Shown here: positions 1 to 9,920 of the stretch, piece by piece
Position numbering within the stretch: position 1 is the first letter of the stretch
Layout of the letters: every line of letters starts with the position of its first letter
Source of the DNA: Thermoproteota archaeon
Lineage (GTDB): Archaea; Korarchaeota; Korarchaeia; Korarchaeales; Korarchaeaceae
Length of the DNA stretch: 64,000 nucleotides
Direction: 5' to 3'
Assembly (NCBI GenBank): GCA_027491395.1
Contig: JAOZFI010000041.1
Location: 84,378-148,377 of the forward strand
Notes under the pieces: model-generated
What the model saw: only the letters and a program-made list of their open reading frames with translations
Told to the model about the DNA's origin: nothing
Databases searched by the model: none
Program-made: the position numbers and the translations under genes

Positions 1-81
1 GAGAGGGAACTGGGTAAGATTGAGCTCCAGAGCGAGCTCGAAGAAGAATTGAGGAGATTGAAGGAGGAAGTTGGGGGCTGA
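1..81 (+). CDS. 3' end of a coiled-coil protein, possibly PspA/IM30 (ESCRT-III superfamily); truncated by the window edge
   Basis: Frame 1 reads ERELGKIELQSELEEELRRLKEEVGG* with TGA at 79-81, resembling the PspA C-terminal helix; only 26 residues are visible. Confidence 0.4.
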   Translation, partial: ERELGKIELQSELEEELRRLKEEVGG

Positions 82-87
82 TCCCAG

Positions 88-495
88 TTGCCCTCTCTCA
101 GGGATTTTTTAGCTTATGGAGCGGGAGCTATCCTGATTTTCTTCGGCTTGGTCTTCCTGATAGCAAGTTCCTACAACCCCTCTAGGGTCTTGCCGGGATT
201 TACCATGCTGCTCTTGGGAGGAGCAGCCATATACGCTAATATGATGGTTAAAAGGGCCCAAGTATCTGAGGAACTTCTCGAGGCGAGGGTGATAAGGCTC
301 GCTAGGAGGAAAGGAGGGTACGTGACCGTTGCAGATGTGGCAGCTGACCTGAACCTCCCAGTCGACACGGCCAAGCAGGTCTTGGAGAGGCTAGAGAGGA
401 GGGGCCTAGCATTTCTGGACTTCAAAAGGATAGGAGATGAGGGGGTAGAGGTGTACAGGATACTGGGCACCAGCAGCTCCGATGAGGAATCATGA
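88..495 (+). CDS. Membrane protein with two N-terminal TM helices and a C-terminal winged-helix domain
   Basis: Two hydrophobic segments followed by the wHTH-like GGYVTVADVAADLNLPVDTAKQVLERLERRGL. Confidence 0.65.
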   Translation: MPSLRDFLAYGAGAILIFFGLVFLIASSYNPSRVLPGFTMLLLGGAAIYANMMVKRAQVSEELLEARVIRLARRKGGYVTVADVAADLNLPVDTAKQVLERLERRGLAFLDFKRIGDEGVEVYRILGTSSSDEES

Positions 496-828
496 GACCG
501 GTGTGCCCGGCGGGACCTTCTCCTCAGGGGTCAGCAGAACGGGTCTGCCCCCTCCCACCACCGCGGCGAGTAGCATACCCTGCGACTCTATGCCCATGAA
601 CTTCCTCGGTTGCAGGTTCGTCACGACGACTATCTGTTTACCCATTAGGCTCTCGGGCTCGTAGTGCTCTGCCAGGCCCGCGACCAGCTGTCTTCGTTCA
701 TTGCCTAAATCCACTACCAACTTTATGAGCTTCCTGCTGCCTTCAACCCTCTCTGCCTCTATTATCTCTCCAACCCTCAAATCCAGTTTTTTAAAGTCCG
801 AAAACGAGACGTAACCCATGGAACCCAC
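490..828 (-). CDS. tRNA-binding OB-fold protein (MetRS C-terminal/beta subunit, Trbp111/CsaA family)
   Basis: FKKLDLRVGEI, RQLVAGL, NLQPRKFMGIESQGMLLA motifs. Confidence 0.92.
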   Translation of the reverse strand: MGSMGYVSFSDFKKLDLRVGEIIEAERVEGSRKLIKLVVDLGNERRQLVAGLAEHYEPESLMGKQIVVVTNLQPRKFMGIESQGMLLAAVVGGGRPVLLTPEEKVPPGTPVS

Positions 829-915
829 CCACTCTACGTGAAAGGTACTATTTTTAAATCAGTAAGAAGAACGTTACTCCTGTAAAGGACCGCTAGAAAC
901 GGTCCGAGATAAGAG

Positions 916-2199
916 GTGAGAAAGAGAATGGGAAAGATATCTGTGACTGCGCTGGGTGGAACCCGTGAAGTAGGCAAGAGCGCACTCTTGCTTGAGGCAG
1001 GAGGTACGAGGGTGCTGCTGGATTACGGCATGAAGCTAATACCCAAGGAGCACCCCGAGTTCCCTCCTATACCTGAGAAAGTGGATGCTGTCCTGCTGAC
1101 TCACGCGCATTTGGATCACTCTGGATCGCTGCCCAGGCTGGTTAGCCATGGACACGACGTACCCATCTACGGGATAGACATCACTAGGGAGTACTCCGAG
1201 CTTCTGCTGTACGATGCCATAAAGGTGGCGAAGCTGAAGGGCCATCACATAGGGTACGGACCGAAAGAGGTGAGGAGGATCCTGAATAATTTCAGGCCAG
1301 TGGAATTCAACGTTCCCTTCAGGGTGGGCGACTTGGAGGTCACCGCCGTAAATGCTGGCCACATACCCGGCAGCGCCATGTTCCATATAAAGTACGACGG
1401 GACGAGCGTCCTGTACACGGGAGACTTCAATACAGTATCTTCTAGGCTGATGCCTCCAGCTGGCATCGATGACATACCGCCGGTAGACATACTCATAACG
1501 GAATCCACCTATGCTAGGAAGGAGCACCCGCCCAGAGCGAAGCAGGAACTCCTACTCAAGGAGATAGTGATAGAAACCCTGAAGTCCAGCGGGACGGCCA
1601 TAGTCGCTGGATTCGCGATAGGCAGGCTTCTGGAGGTCGCCATGGCTCTGAGGGCTAGGGGGTTCAAGGGAAGGCTCTTCCTAGATGGGATGGCCCGGAA
1701 AAGCACGGAGATAACAGAGTACTTCTCGAACAGGGTTAGGGACGCTGACGACCTGAAGCTAGCCGTGAGGACCATAACTTCCGTGAGGAACTGGCACATG
1801 AGGAAGAAGATAACCAAGAGGCCCAATGTGGTGCTGACCACTTCAGGTATGCTCGAGGGCGGCCCAGTTCACTACTATGTGAAGGAGAGGAAGGAGGACG
1901 AGAACAGCACCATAACCCTGACAGGCTACCAAGTGGACGGAACCGAGGGAAGGAGGCTGATAGAGGAGGGCAGGATGGAGATAGAGGGAGAAGAAACGTG
2001 GATAATGATGAAGGTAAACCAGCTCAACTTTTCTGCCCACGCCAGTAGGTCCGGTATACTCAAGCTCATCAGGGAACTGAAGCCAGAGAGCATAATGGTG
2101 GTCCATGGGGAGGAATCGGAAGAGTTCGCCAACGAGCTAGAGGATAAGATGGGAATGGCGGCCTTCTCTCCAGAGCTAGGCGAGGAGGTCATATTCTAA
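916..2199 (+). CDS. Beta-CASP metallo-beta-lactamase ribonuclease (aCPSF2-like, no KH domains)
   Basis: LGGTREVGKS, THAHLDHSG, AGHIPGS, YTGDF, ESTY, FSAHA, VHGE motifs. Confidence 0.9.
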   Translation: MRKRMGKISVTALGGTREVGKSALLLEAGGTRVLLDYGMKLIPKEHPEFPPIPEKVDAVLLTHAHLDHSGSLPRLVSHGHDVPIYGIDITREYSELLLYDAIKVAKLKGHHIGYGPKEVRRILNNFRPVEFNVPFRVGDLEVTAVNAGHIPGSAMFHIKYDGTSVLYTGDFNTVSSRLMPPAGIDDIPPVDILITESTYARKEHPPRAKQELLLKEIVIETLKSSGTAIVAGFAIGRLLEVAMALRARGFKGRLFLDGMARKSTEITEYFSNRVRDADDLKLAVRTITSVRNWHMRKKITKRPNVVLTTSGMLEGGPVHYYVKERKEDENSTITLTGYQVDGTEGRRLIEEGRMEIEGEETWIMMKVNQLNFSAHASRSGILKLIRELKPESIMVVHGEESEEFANELEDKMGMAAFSPELGEEVIF

Positions 2200-2201
2200 A
2201 A

Positions 2202-2453
2202 TCACACCCTTATCCCCACTATCCTAACCTTGGCCTCCTTCACCCCCTCAACGCTCTCCGCCGCCTTCTTTATCGCTAACGCGAGAAGATCTGCATAAGG
2301 GCAGAAAGGAGTCGTGAGAGTGAACTCCACTGTCACCACACCGCCTTTCTCCTCTACTTTCTTTATCAGGCCAGCATCCACCATGCTCACTTTGAGCTCC
2401 GGATCCTTGACCTTCCTCAAAGCCTCCCATACCTTCCTCTCAATCTCCTTCAC
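2202..2453 (-). CDS. DUF59/SufT-like metal-sulfur cluster assembly factor
   Basis: VKDPEL and TLTTPFCP motifs. Confidence 0.9.
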   Translation of the reverse strand: MKEIERKVWEALRKVKDPELKVSMVDAGLIKKVEEKGGVVTVEFTLTTPFCPYADLLALAIKKAAESVEGVKEAKVRIVGIRV

Positions 2454-3528
2454 TCCTCCTCATCTCCCTCAGGATGAAATCTAGGGGAAAGATTTGCAAC
2501 ACCTTCCTGTCGTCTGTGGGCATGACCTCCACGAGCCTCCCATCCAAACCGAATTCCCGAACTTCCTTGGCGATATCTTGGAAGGTGTATGGATCTATGA
2601 GGAGCTTACCTCCGGAGATCACGCCTCCGTATTTGGTTGAGAGATATAGGAGAGCCTCCTCCGGGCCCTCGATCTCCCCGTAGATAAGGGTGCCCTCATC
2701 AGTCGGCTCTTCATACTCCTTCGCGACATTCTTGGCCCTCCTAGCCCACCTCATCCTCACCTGATATTCCTTCTGGAGGGCCGGGCAATAGTAACCCATG
2801 ATGCCTGTCTCCCTCTCGACGAACTCCAACACCTCCCTCGCAGCCTCCGCACTTCCCTGAACAGCAACCTCGCTGTCCGTCTTGGGCCTTAAACCCATCT
2901 TTAGCAATCTATTCCTGTTAGATGGCGTGAATTCCAGCTCGTTGAGGTTTATGAAGCTGGCGCCTATCCTGTCTAGGTAGGAAGCGAGTTCCTTCAGCTT
3001 CGACACCCAAGGCTCTCTAGGTATAGAGGGCATCTCCGCTCCTACGGTGAATCCCTCGTCTAAGGCTAGTACCATCCTCTCCCAGATCCTCCTATCCCAG
3101 CTGTGAAATCTGATCTCATCCAACCCGGCATCCCTCAGAATGGACAGACTTCTCTCATCTATCCCCACGGCGTTGGTGTACATGTGCGTATGGAAAGAGT
3201 CGCCAAACCTGTCCTTCAAGATCTGGACGTAGTGGGCCACTTTGTCTACTACTAGCGAGGGTTCTCCGCCAGTGATCCCAGCACCTAAGGCGGAAACGAG
3301 TTCCGCCTCCCTGATCACATCTTCATCGCTAGATACTGGGTTCTCGTCAACCAGCACCAAGTCCTTGTCGCGGCGCCACTCGGAGATCGTGCAGTATGGA
3401 CAGGACTCGTAGAGGGGGCACTTACCGGTCACGAATAGGACTATCTTAGCCCCTTCCCAGCAGAGCCCGCAGCCCCTGCTCCAGCCCCTAACCCTGAGCG
3501 CACCTAGAGGAAGTTCCTCCATGATCAT
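2440..3528 (-). CDS. Radical SAM protein (COG2108-like, uncharacterised)
   Basis: [52 protein letters not shown]. Confidence 0.85.
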   Translation of the reverse strand: MIMEELPLGALRVRGWSRGCGLCWEGAKIVLFVTGKCPLYESCPYCTISEWRRDKDLVLVDENPVSSDEDVIREAELVSALGAGITGGEPSLVVDKVAHYVQILKDRFGDSFHTHMYTNAVGIDERSLSILRDAGLDEIRFHSWDRRIWERMVLALDEGFTVGAEMPSIPREPWVSKLKELASYLDRIGASFINLNELEFTPSNRNRLLKMGLRPKTDSEVAVQGSAEAAREVLEFVERETGIMGYYCPALQKEYQVRMRWARRAKNVAKEYEEPTDEGTLIYGEIEGPEEALLYLSTKYGGVISGGKLLIDPYTFQDIAKEVREFGLDGRLVEVMPTDDRKVLQIFPLDFILREMRRSEGD

Positions 3529-4763
3529 CCACGCCAGCTCTTCAAGTATCTCTCCTGCTCTTTTGTTAGGGTATCTATCTCTATCCCCATGGACGCCAGC
3601 TTGAGCCTAGCCACCTCCTCATCTATGCTCCTCGGAACCGAGTGCACCTCTGGCTTTAGGTTCCTCCCCTCTTTGATCAGGTACTCGACAGCTAGGGCCT
3701 GATTGGAGAAGCTCATGTCCATGACCTCGCTTGGATGCCCCTCCGCAGCAACCAGATTCACGAGTCTGCCCTCCGCCAACAGGTAGATCCTCCTCCCGTT
3801 GGGAAGCAAGTACTCTTTCACGTTATCCCTCATCCCCCTCTTGGAGAGGGCCATTAGCTCCAAGTCCTTGACCGATACCTCCACATCGAAGTGTCCCGCA
3901 TTAGCCAGAATGGCTCCGTCCTTCATCAGGCTTATGTGCTCCGCTTTAATTACATCCTTGTTTCCCGTGGCGGTTACGAAGATGTCCCCTACCTTAGCCG
4001 CCTCCTTCATTGGCATAACTAAGTAGCCGTCCATGGCAGCCATCAGGGCCTTTATGGGATCGATCTCCGTTACTATGACCTTGGCACCCATTCCGCGGGC
4101 TCTCATGGCTATTCCCCGACCGACATGTCCGTATCCGGCTACCACGAAGTATTTACCGGCTATCATAACATTAGTCGCCCTCAGAATACCGTCGATCGTA
4201 CTCTGGCCAGTTCCATAGACGTTATCGAAGTTCCACTTAGTCTCCGCGTTGTTAACCGCTATAACCGGGTACTTGAGCACCCCATCCCTAGCTAGGGACT
4301 CTATCCTGAGGACACCAGTGGTGGTCTCCTCGGTCCCGCCGATCACATCGTCAGCGAATCCCTTCTCGTGGGCCATCACCGTAATGTCCCCACCATCGTC
4401 CATCGTGATGTGAGGTTTGCAGCTCAACGCTTTCTCTATTGCCCAGAAGTACTCTTCCTCGCTCATCCCCCTCCAAGCGTACACATCTATTCCCCCCTCT
4501 GAGAGGGCCGCCGCGACGTCATCCTGAGTGGAGAGGGGATTCGATGCCGACAGGCAGACCTCCGCCCCACCCTCCTTCAATGTCAATACTAGGACAGCCG
4601 TTTCCTTGGTGACATGGAGGCACGCAGCTATTCTGATGCCCTCTAAGGGCCTCTCCTTGGAGAATCTCTCCGATATTGTGTCCAACACGGGCATATGGGC
4701 CTTGGCCCATTCTATTTTCAACGCGCCCTTCTCAGCTAGGCCGGGATCCTTGACCTTAGGCAT
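3525..4763 (-). CDS. ahcY: Adenosylhomocysteinase (SAH/SIH hydrolase)
   Basis: [49 protein letters not shown]. Confidence 0.97.
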   Translation of the reverse strand: MPKVKDPGLAEKGALKIEWAKAHMPVLDTISERFSKERPLEGIRIAACLHVTKETAVLVLTLKEGGAEVCLSASNPLSTQDDVAAALSEGGIDVYAWRGMSEEEYFWAIEKALSCKPHITMDDGGDITVMAHEKGFADDVIGGTEETTTGVLRIESLARDGVLKYPVIAVNNAETKWNFDNVYGTGQSTIDGILRATNVMIAGKYFVVAGYGHVGRGIAMRARGMGAKVIVTEIDPIKALMAAMDGYLVMPMKEAAKVGDIFVTATGNKDVIKAEHISLMKDGAILANAGHFDVEVSVKDLELMALSKRGMRDNVKEYLLPNGRRIYLLAEGRLVNLVAAEGHPSEVMDMSFSNQALAVEYLIKEGRNLKPEVHSVPRSIDEEVARLKLASMGIEIDTLTKEQERYLKSWRG

Positions 4764-4799
4764 GTCGCATCGCTTAGCTAGTAGGTGAGGAAATAAAAA

Positions 4800-5021
4800 T
4801 CACTCCCTCTTTGCTATCTGGACCAGCCAGTGATCCCCTCTCTTCACGACGGCCTTTAATATGTGACCGGTCCTCTTTACCCAGTCGTAAACCTCGTCTA
4901 CCGATTCCTTATCATTAATGAGAAAGTTTACCGTCTCACCTGGGGAGGCTTTCTTCACGGTCTTCGCTATCTGTATTATCGGATAGGGGCTCCTCTTACC
5001 CCTCAGATCGATGGTCCTCAT
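4800..5021 (-). CDS. TusA/SirA-family protein lacking the catalytic cysteine
   Basis: IDLRGKRSPYP corresponds to the TusA LDxRGLxCPxP motif; 73 aa, no Cys. Confidence 0.8.
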   Translation of the reverse strand: MRTIDLRGKRSPYPIIQIAKTVKKASPGETVNFLINDKESVDEVYDWVKRTGHILKAVVKRGDHWLVQIAKRE

Positions 5022-5572
5022 ATTCTCACAACCCTCCTCCCTAGCACCTCCTCAACGAGGGCCTCCTCCACCCCTTCATCTAACATCTTGTACATCAGAT
5101 AGGCATCCTCCCCATCAGCATAGTAGGCGGGAATTATCCCGAGCTTCTTGTAGCCCATACCGTCGTACAGTTTTATCGCGGGCTCGTTGGAGACCCTTAC
5201 CTCGAGGTAAACCGCGTCAGCCCCGTATCCCTTCAGACCCTTCTCCGCTCCCTCCATTAGTGCCTTGCCTATACCCTTCCTCCTGTGCTTCTTGCTCACA
5301 GCTATGGAGAGGACGTGGCCAAGCAGGATAGTCTGATCCCTAGCGTAATAGCTCTCGACCCTGCACATCACGTATCCAACGACCTTACCGTCATCGTCTT
5401 CCGCCACCAAGAAGCTGTTCGGGAACCTCCTGTAGTTCTCTATGAAGAAATAGCTGGGGTAGTTCTCAGGCAAGAAGACCCTGTTGATGCGCTCAACCTC
5501 CTCCAAGTCCTCGGGCTTGAAGGGTCTTATCCTGTAGCCTTGGAGCATCACATGGAATTTCAACGAGATCAT
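5018..5572 (-). CDS. N-terminal protein acetyltransferase (Ard1/RimI, GNAT); true start probably the internal Met of MLQGYRIR
   Basis: LPENY, GHVLSIAV, RRKGIG, LEVRVSN, YYADGEDA. Confidence 0.92.
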   Translation of the reverse strand: MISLKFHVMLQGYRIRPFKPEDLEEVERINRVFLPENYPSYFFIENYRRFPNSFLVAEDDDGKVVGYVMCRVESYYARDQTILLGHVLSIAVSKKHRRKGIGKALMEGAEKGLKGYGADAVYLEVRVSNEPAIKLYDGMGYKKLGIIPAYYADGEDAYLMYKMLDEGVEEALVEEVLGRRVVRI

Positions 5573-5602
5573 ATATTTTAAACGAATGGTGCAGGATCTC
5601 TT

Positions 5603-6673
5603 ATGTCGAAAATACCACCCTCAGTGGAGGATGTAGTGGCTAAGAGTTTCGAAGTGAAAGATGTGGTCTATTATGAGGATAAGGTGGAGTTCTTACTGCA
5701 GGAGATAAGCCCCTTCGAGACCGGGCCCCTTTTCAAGAGTCTGTATATGAAGTTAACCGAGATGGACCTTCTCCCCAAGCTGTTTCACGATGGGGAGAAT
5801 CTCAAGTTGCTCGTATTCCCCATTCCCGAAAAGCTGGGTGTCAGTGATAAGTTGAGATATGCCCTCTCTGCGGTTACCGTCGCTGCTGTCCTCTTCTCTG
5901 CTTGGATTATCTCAGATGGAACTGCCTCTCTCTTGAGAGAATTAGGGATGCAGGTGGATATACTCAGCTCCACAATCTTCCACTCGCTCGGGATACTGGC
6001 CTTCCTGCTGGTGCACGAGCTGGGCCACTCGCTCAGGTGGGAGGGCAAGTACAAGGTGGACCTGATGATTCCGGCGCCTCCCCCTCCCCTCGGATTCGGC
6101 ACCTTGGGGGACCTGCTCGTGAGGGACAGGCCCTTCATCAACAGGGAAGAGCAGCAGGATGTGGCGCTTTACGGTTTACTAGCGGGCCTCTCGATCGGTT
6201 TGATAATCTCCCTCTTGGGGCTCCTCCAATCGGTTCCCGTTCCATCGGATGTAGCTTCAACTTGGATAGAGGAAGGGAAAGCTGGAATGCTACCGACCCC
6301 CCTCGTCTTCCTGCTGATGGAAGTCGCCCTCTCTCCTGGCGGCGGGAACATGTTCCTGCTGTCACCTCTGGCGCTCGCCGGTTTGGGTGCCCTGCTGATA
6401 TCTTTCTTCCTGTCAATGCCCATCATCCCATGGGACGGAGGTCACGTAGCCAGTTCACTCACCGGAGGCAGGATGAGATGGCTCGAATGGATAGCAGTCT
6501 TGGGGATGATACTCATCAACCCACTATTGGGCGCCCTGATGCTGATAGCCAAGTTGATGCCAGCCTATCCTGCGGTGTTGGATGAGTATAGTGAGGTACC
6601 GCAGAGAAAGAAGAGGAGAGGATTATTCCTTTACCTGCTAATATTAATGATCTCGGTGCCCGTCCTCCAATAA
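5603..6673 (+). CDS. Site-2 protease family (M50) intramembrane metalloprotease
   Basis: HELGH within a TM segment, PWDGGH motif, multiple TMs. Confidence 0.85.
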   Translation: MSKIPPSVEDVVAKSFEVKDVVYYEDKVEFLLQEISPFETGPLFKSLYMKLTEMDLLPKLFHDGENLKLLVFPIPEKLGVSDKLRYALSAVTVAAVLFSAWIISDGTASLLRELGMQVDILSSTIFHSLGILAFLLVHELGHSLRWEGKYKVDLMIPAPPPPLGFGTLGDLLVRDRPFINREEQQDVALYGLLAGLSIGLIISLLGLLQSVPVPSDVASTWIEEGKAGMLPTPLVFLLMEVALSPGGGNMFLLSPLALAGLGALLISFFLSMPIIPWDGGHVASSLTGGRMRWLEWIAVLGMILINPLLGALMLIAKLMPAYPAVLDEYSEVPQRKKRRGLFLYLLILMISVPVLQ

Positions 6674-6705
6674 ATTAAAAACTAACTTTCCACAGGCAGG
6701 ATTGG

Positions 6706-7521
6706 ATGGACCACGAAGATTACGACGAGAAGCTAGCTGAAAAGGAGGAGCTAGAGGAGAGGATAACCGAGCTCAGAGATCTGGTCACTAAATTAAGCGC
6801 CGAGACCGAGAAGCTAAACACGAGACATGAGACCCTCCTAAAGGGTATAGAGGACCTCCAGAGAAGGAAACTATCATTGGAGGACGAGATAACAAGGAGA
6901 AGGGCTGAACTGAGCCATCTAGAATCCCAGATCGAGGAGTTGGAGAGGGACTTGGATGTTCTCAAGGAGGGGAGGGAGAGACTCAGGTCCGAGTACAACT
7001 CCCTAGAGTCCAGAAAATCGGTGCTGGAATCGGAGGTGTCTTCGCTTGGGGCTAAAATAGAATCCATGAGGAGAGAGGAATCTTCCCTGAAGGAGAGGAT
7101 AAAGGAGCTCAGAAACCAAGTGAGGAAGCTTGAGAGCCAGAAGACTGTCCTGCTGGGAGAGATAGAGGAGCTCAGAAACATAAGGAACGACCTAGCCGAG
7201 GATATAAGGAAGATGGCCGAACACATAAAGGAAGCCGCTCGAAACCTTACATCAGGCAGTGGACCACTGATCGAGGAGCTAAGGAAGATGTCCGACACGC
7301 TCAGGGACTACAAATCCGGACTGAATGGTCTGTCAGAGGAGTTGAGGGACCTCTCATCCTTCTTATCCAATCTTGAGTCTAGGCAGAGGCTATTAGAAAC
7401 TCTGGATAGGGAAATCGAGGCGAGGAGAGCTAGGATAGACCTACTAAGGGCGGAAGAGGAGAGGTTGAGGAGATCCATATCCCAACTGGGCGGGCGCGGA
7501 CTCGAGCCCCAAGAGGGATAA
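6706..7521 (+). CDS. Long coiled-coil protein of unknown function
   Basis: Nearly continuous E/L/R/K heptad pattern; no ATPase head. Confidence 0.7.
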   Translation: MDHEDYDEKLAEKEELEERITELRDLVTKLSAETEKLNTRHETLLKGIEDLQRRKLSLEDEITRRRAELSHLESQIEELERDLDVLKEGRERLRSEYNSLESRKSVLESEVSSLGAKIESMRREESSLKERIKELRNQVRKLESQKTVLLGEIEELRNIRNDLAEDIRKMAEHIKEAARNLTSGSGPLIEELRKMSDTLRDYKSGLNGLSEELRDLSSFLSNLESRQRLLETLDREIEARRARIDLLRAEEERLRRSISQLGGRGLEPQEG

Positions 7522-7560
7522 GTTAAAAATGAGGCATCCGACTAACACGGGGTATCTGCT

Positions 7561-7818
7561 ATGAGCGCGGAAAAGGCAGAGAAGGTAATCAGGGAAATAG
7601 AGGTTAAACCCTCCGTCCTAGAGCAGATCAAGAAGGAGGTCCAGAGATCCAAGGTAGTCACGCCTCAATCCCTCGCCCTGAAGTATAATATCCGGGTGAG
7701 TGTCGCTAGGAGATTACTGCGCGAGTTCGAGAAGGAGGGGCTCGTAATATATGTCGATGGCAATTCGAGGATAAGGATTTATAGGGGAACCAAGGCTAAG
7801 GCCCCGAAGGAGGGGTGA
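7561..7818 (+). CDS. rps25e: 30S ribosomal protein S25e
   Basis: KEVQRSKVVTPQSLALKYNIRVSVARRLLREFEKEGL...IY pattern; 85 aa, basic. Confidence 0.88.
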   Translation: MSAEKAEKVIREIEVKPSVLEQIKKEVQRSKVVTPQSLALKYNIRVSVARRLLREFEKEGLVIYVDGNSRIRIYRGTKAKAPKEG

Positions 7819-7835
7819 ACTCTTAACCCTTCTTT

Positions 7836-8255
7836 GTGAATTTTCCCTCCTCGGGGGTGAAACTATATTTGAGGAATAGATCAGAAGGGGTAGAGAAGTA
7901 TCTTATATACATCAGATCCGGCAGTTTATTAAAAGAAGTTTCCGTAGAATTCCTGAGGCACCTCTCCCCTATAACGATAGAGAGGCTCTACAGGAACCTC
8001 CCGCTGCAGGGCATGGTGGTAAGGGACAACAACCTGATATACATCTCAGCCCCCATAGATACGAGGTTGGAGAAACCGAGGAATCGACTGAGGAAAGGGC
8101 ATGTGGCCTATTCTCCCTCTAAGAAGATGATAATGATAGCATTGGAGGACGTTAGACTCAATGAAAGCGTTAACTCGCTCGGTAGAGTGGTCGAGGGGCT
8201 GGAAGAGCTTGAAAAACTGAGAACCGGCAATATGGTGAGGTTGGAGAGGGAATGA
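7836..8255 (+). CDS. Cyclophilin-like fold protein (DUF369/TM1367-like)
   Basis: SPITIERLYRNLP, KGHVAYSP, VNSLGRVVEGLEEL. Confidence 0.7.
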   Translation: MNFPSSGVKLYLRNRSEGVEKYLIYIRSGSLLKEVSVEFLRHLSPITIERLYRNLPLQGMVVRDNNLIYISAPIDTRLEKPRNRLRKGHVAYSPSKKMIMIALEDVRLNESVNSLGRVVEGLEELEKLRTGNMVRLERE

Positions 8256-8905
8256 TCTCCTTTCTCTGGAAGGGATGCTCGGCGATCCTACTCAGGGTGC
8301 AGGACCTCAACCTGCTGATGGATCCGGGCGATCACTTCGCCATAGAGGAGCTACACAGCATCGCTGCTTGGGTGGATGCCGTATTCTATACCCACGAGCA
8401 CACCGGGCACTTCGATCCGGATTTTCTCAGCTCTCTGATAAGGGAATTCTCCCCGTACATGATCGTGAATAAGGGGGTCTTCAGGACCATAAGGAGGTGG
8501 GTGGACTGGGATCGACTGATCAAGCTGAAGGAAGGGGAGAGTACCGAGGTTCTAGGGATTAGAGTTCACGCGCTCAGGGCCGTGCATCCCGGAGTTCATC
8601 CCGTGGTGTTCCTGCTGGAGATCGGAGGTAAAGCAATATTTCACGGCGATAGCTCGGGATTCTCCCACATGTTCGAGGCCTTTTCCCCTGTGGATCTGGC
8701 CTTCGTACCCTCAGGGAGTCCCTCCCCAAATGCCAATCCTAAGGAGGCAGTGAGGATAATCAGGGCCCTAGTACCTAGAGTAGTAGTACCTTTCCACGGG
8801 GACTCCTCGGAGCTCCAAGAAGTGGAGAAGAGGGTGAGGTTGGCGAATCTCAACACCGAGGTGGTCTTGCCCGAGCCCGGCGAGCTGATCACGCTCGAGA
8901 TTTGA
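8252..8905 (+). CDS. MBL-fold metallo-hydrolase
   Basis: LLMDP, YTHEHTGHFD, FHGDS, VPFH. Confidence 0.85.
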   Translation: MISFLWKGCSAILLRVQDLNLLMDPGDHFAIEELHSIAAWVDAVFYTHEHTGHFDPDFLSSLIREFSPYMIVNKGVFRTIRRWVDWDRLIKLKEGESTEVLGIRVHALRAVHPGVHPVVFLLEIGGKAIFHGDSSGFSHMFEAFSPVDLAFVPSGSPSPNANPKEAVRIIRALVPRVVVPFHGDSSELQEVEKRVRLANLNTEVVLPEPGELITLEI

Positions 8906-9860
8906 AGTGTTCCCATCCCCCCTCCTCAACTTCCTCTACCTTACCATCCAGTCTCACGAAGACTCCCCTATCCTCCACCACTCTACCGATCCTGATTAGG
9001 GAGAGGCCCTCCTTGGAGAATTCCTCCTCTAGAGAATAGACCCTGTCTTGAGGAACGGAGAATACTATCTCATACTCCTCTCCTCCATGAAAAGCTACCT
9101 CCACCGGATCGATCCTTCCCTTAGAAGCGAGCATCTCCACCATTGGGTGGAGAGGAATCCTCTCAACTAAGAATCCAAATCCACTCGCTCTAGAGAGTTC
9201 CTCGAGCGACCAATAGAGCCCGTCGCTGCTATCAACTGATGATGAGGCATAAGCTGATGCAGCGATACCCTCTTGGATTCGAGCTATCGGTTCGTAAGCC
9301 GCCTTCAAGGCTTCAACCCTCACATCGCTTGGCAAGTCCATGCCCCCGAGGAGGTGCTGGAAGGCCAGCCAAGTGAGTCCAAACCAACCCGTAGTGAACA
9401 GCACATCTCCCGGCTTTGCTCCAGACCTCTTCACCAAGTTACTCTCGATTTTACCCACTGCGAAGCCTGCAATCACGAGTTCTCTCGATTCTCCAAGGTC
9501 CCCACCGACGAAGTAGGCGCCGAATTCCCTAGATCCCTCCTCCAATCCCTTCACCACAGAGATAAACTCCTCGTCGCTCATATCCCTGCTTAGTCCAGCG
9601 GAGGCCATGAAGAAGAGAGGTCTAGCTCCCTTAGCAGCCAGATCTGAGAAGTTGGAGACCACGCACTTCCTGGCCAACTGCCTGAGGCTCATCCCCGGTA
9701 ATAGATCGGTCGCCTCAGCCACCATGTCGGTATTAAACACGTAGATCCCATCGACCAGCCTCCTAGCTGAAGCATCATCTCTACCGGGTTCTAGAAGCTC
9801 CTCAGGATCCCTACTGATGATCTCTCTGATCAGATCGATGAGTTCCCTTTCCGGTCTCAC
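8889..9860 (-). CDS. thiL: Thiamine-monophosphate kinase
   Basis: DDAS, NFSDLAAKGARP, VGGDL, RSGAKPGD, DSSDGL, GGEEYEIVF. Confidence 0.93.
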   Translation of the reverse strand: MRPERELIDLIREIISRDPEELLEPGRDDASARRLVDGIYVFNTDMVAEATDLLPGMSLRQLARKCVVSNFSDLAAKGARPLFFMASAGLSRDMSDEEFISVVKGLEEGSREFGAYFVGGDLGESRELVIAGFAVGKIESNLVKRSGAKPGDVLFTTGWFGLTWLAFQHLLGGMDLPSDVRVEALKAAYEPIARIQEGIAASAYASSSVDSSDGLYWSLEELSRASGFGFLVERIPLHPMVEMLASKGRIDPVEVAFHGGEEYEIVFSVPQDRVYSLEEEFSKEGLSLIRIGRVVEDRGVFVRLDGKVEEVEEGGWEHFKSRA

Positions 9861-9920
9861 GATACGAAGATCCCGACTAAATGTTAAATCTCTTTCCTAA
9901 TGAGGAGGCTAGGTGGTCGC

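Noticed and set aside
4988-4992. Selenocysteine at the TusA active site
   Set aside because: The codon is AGC (Ser), not TGA
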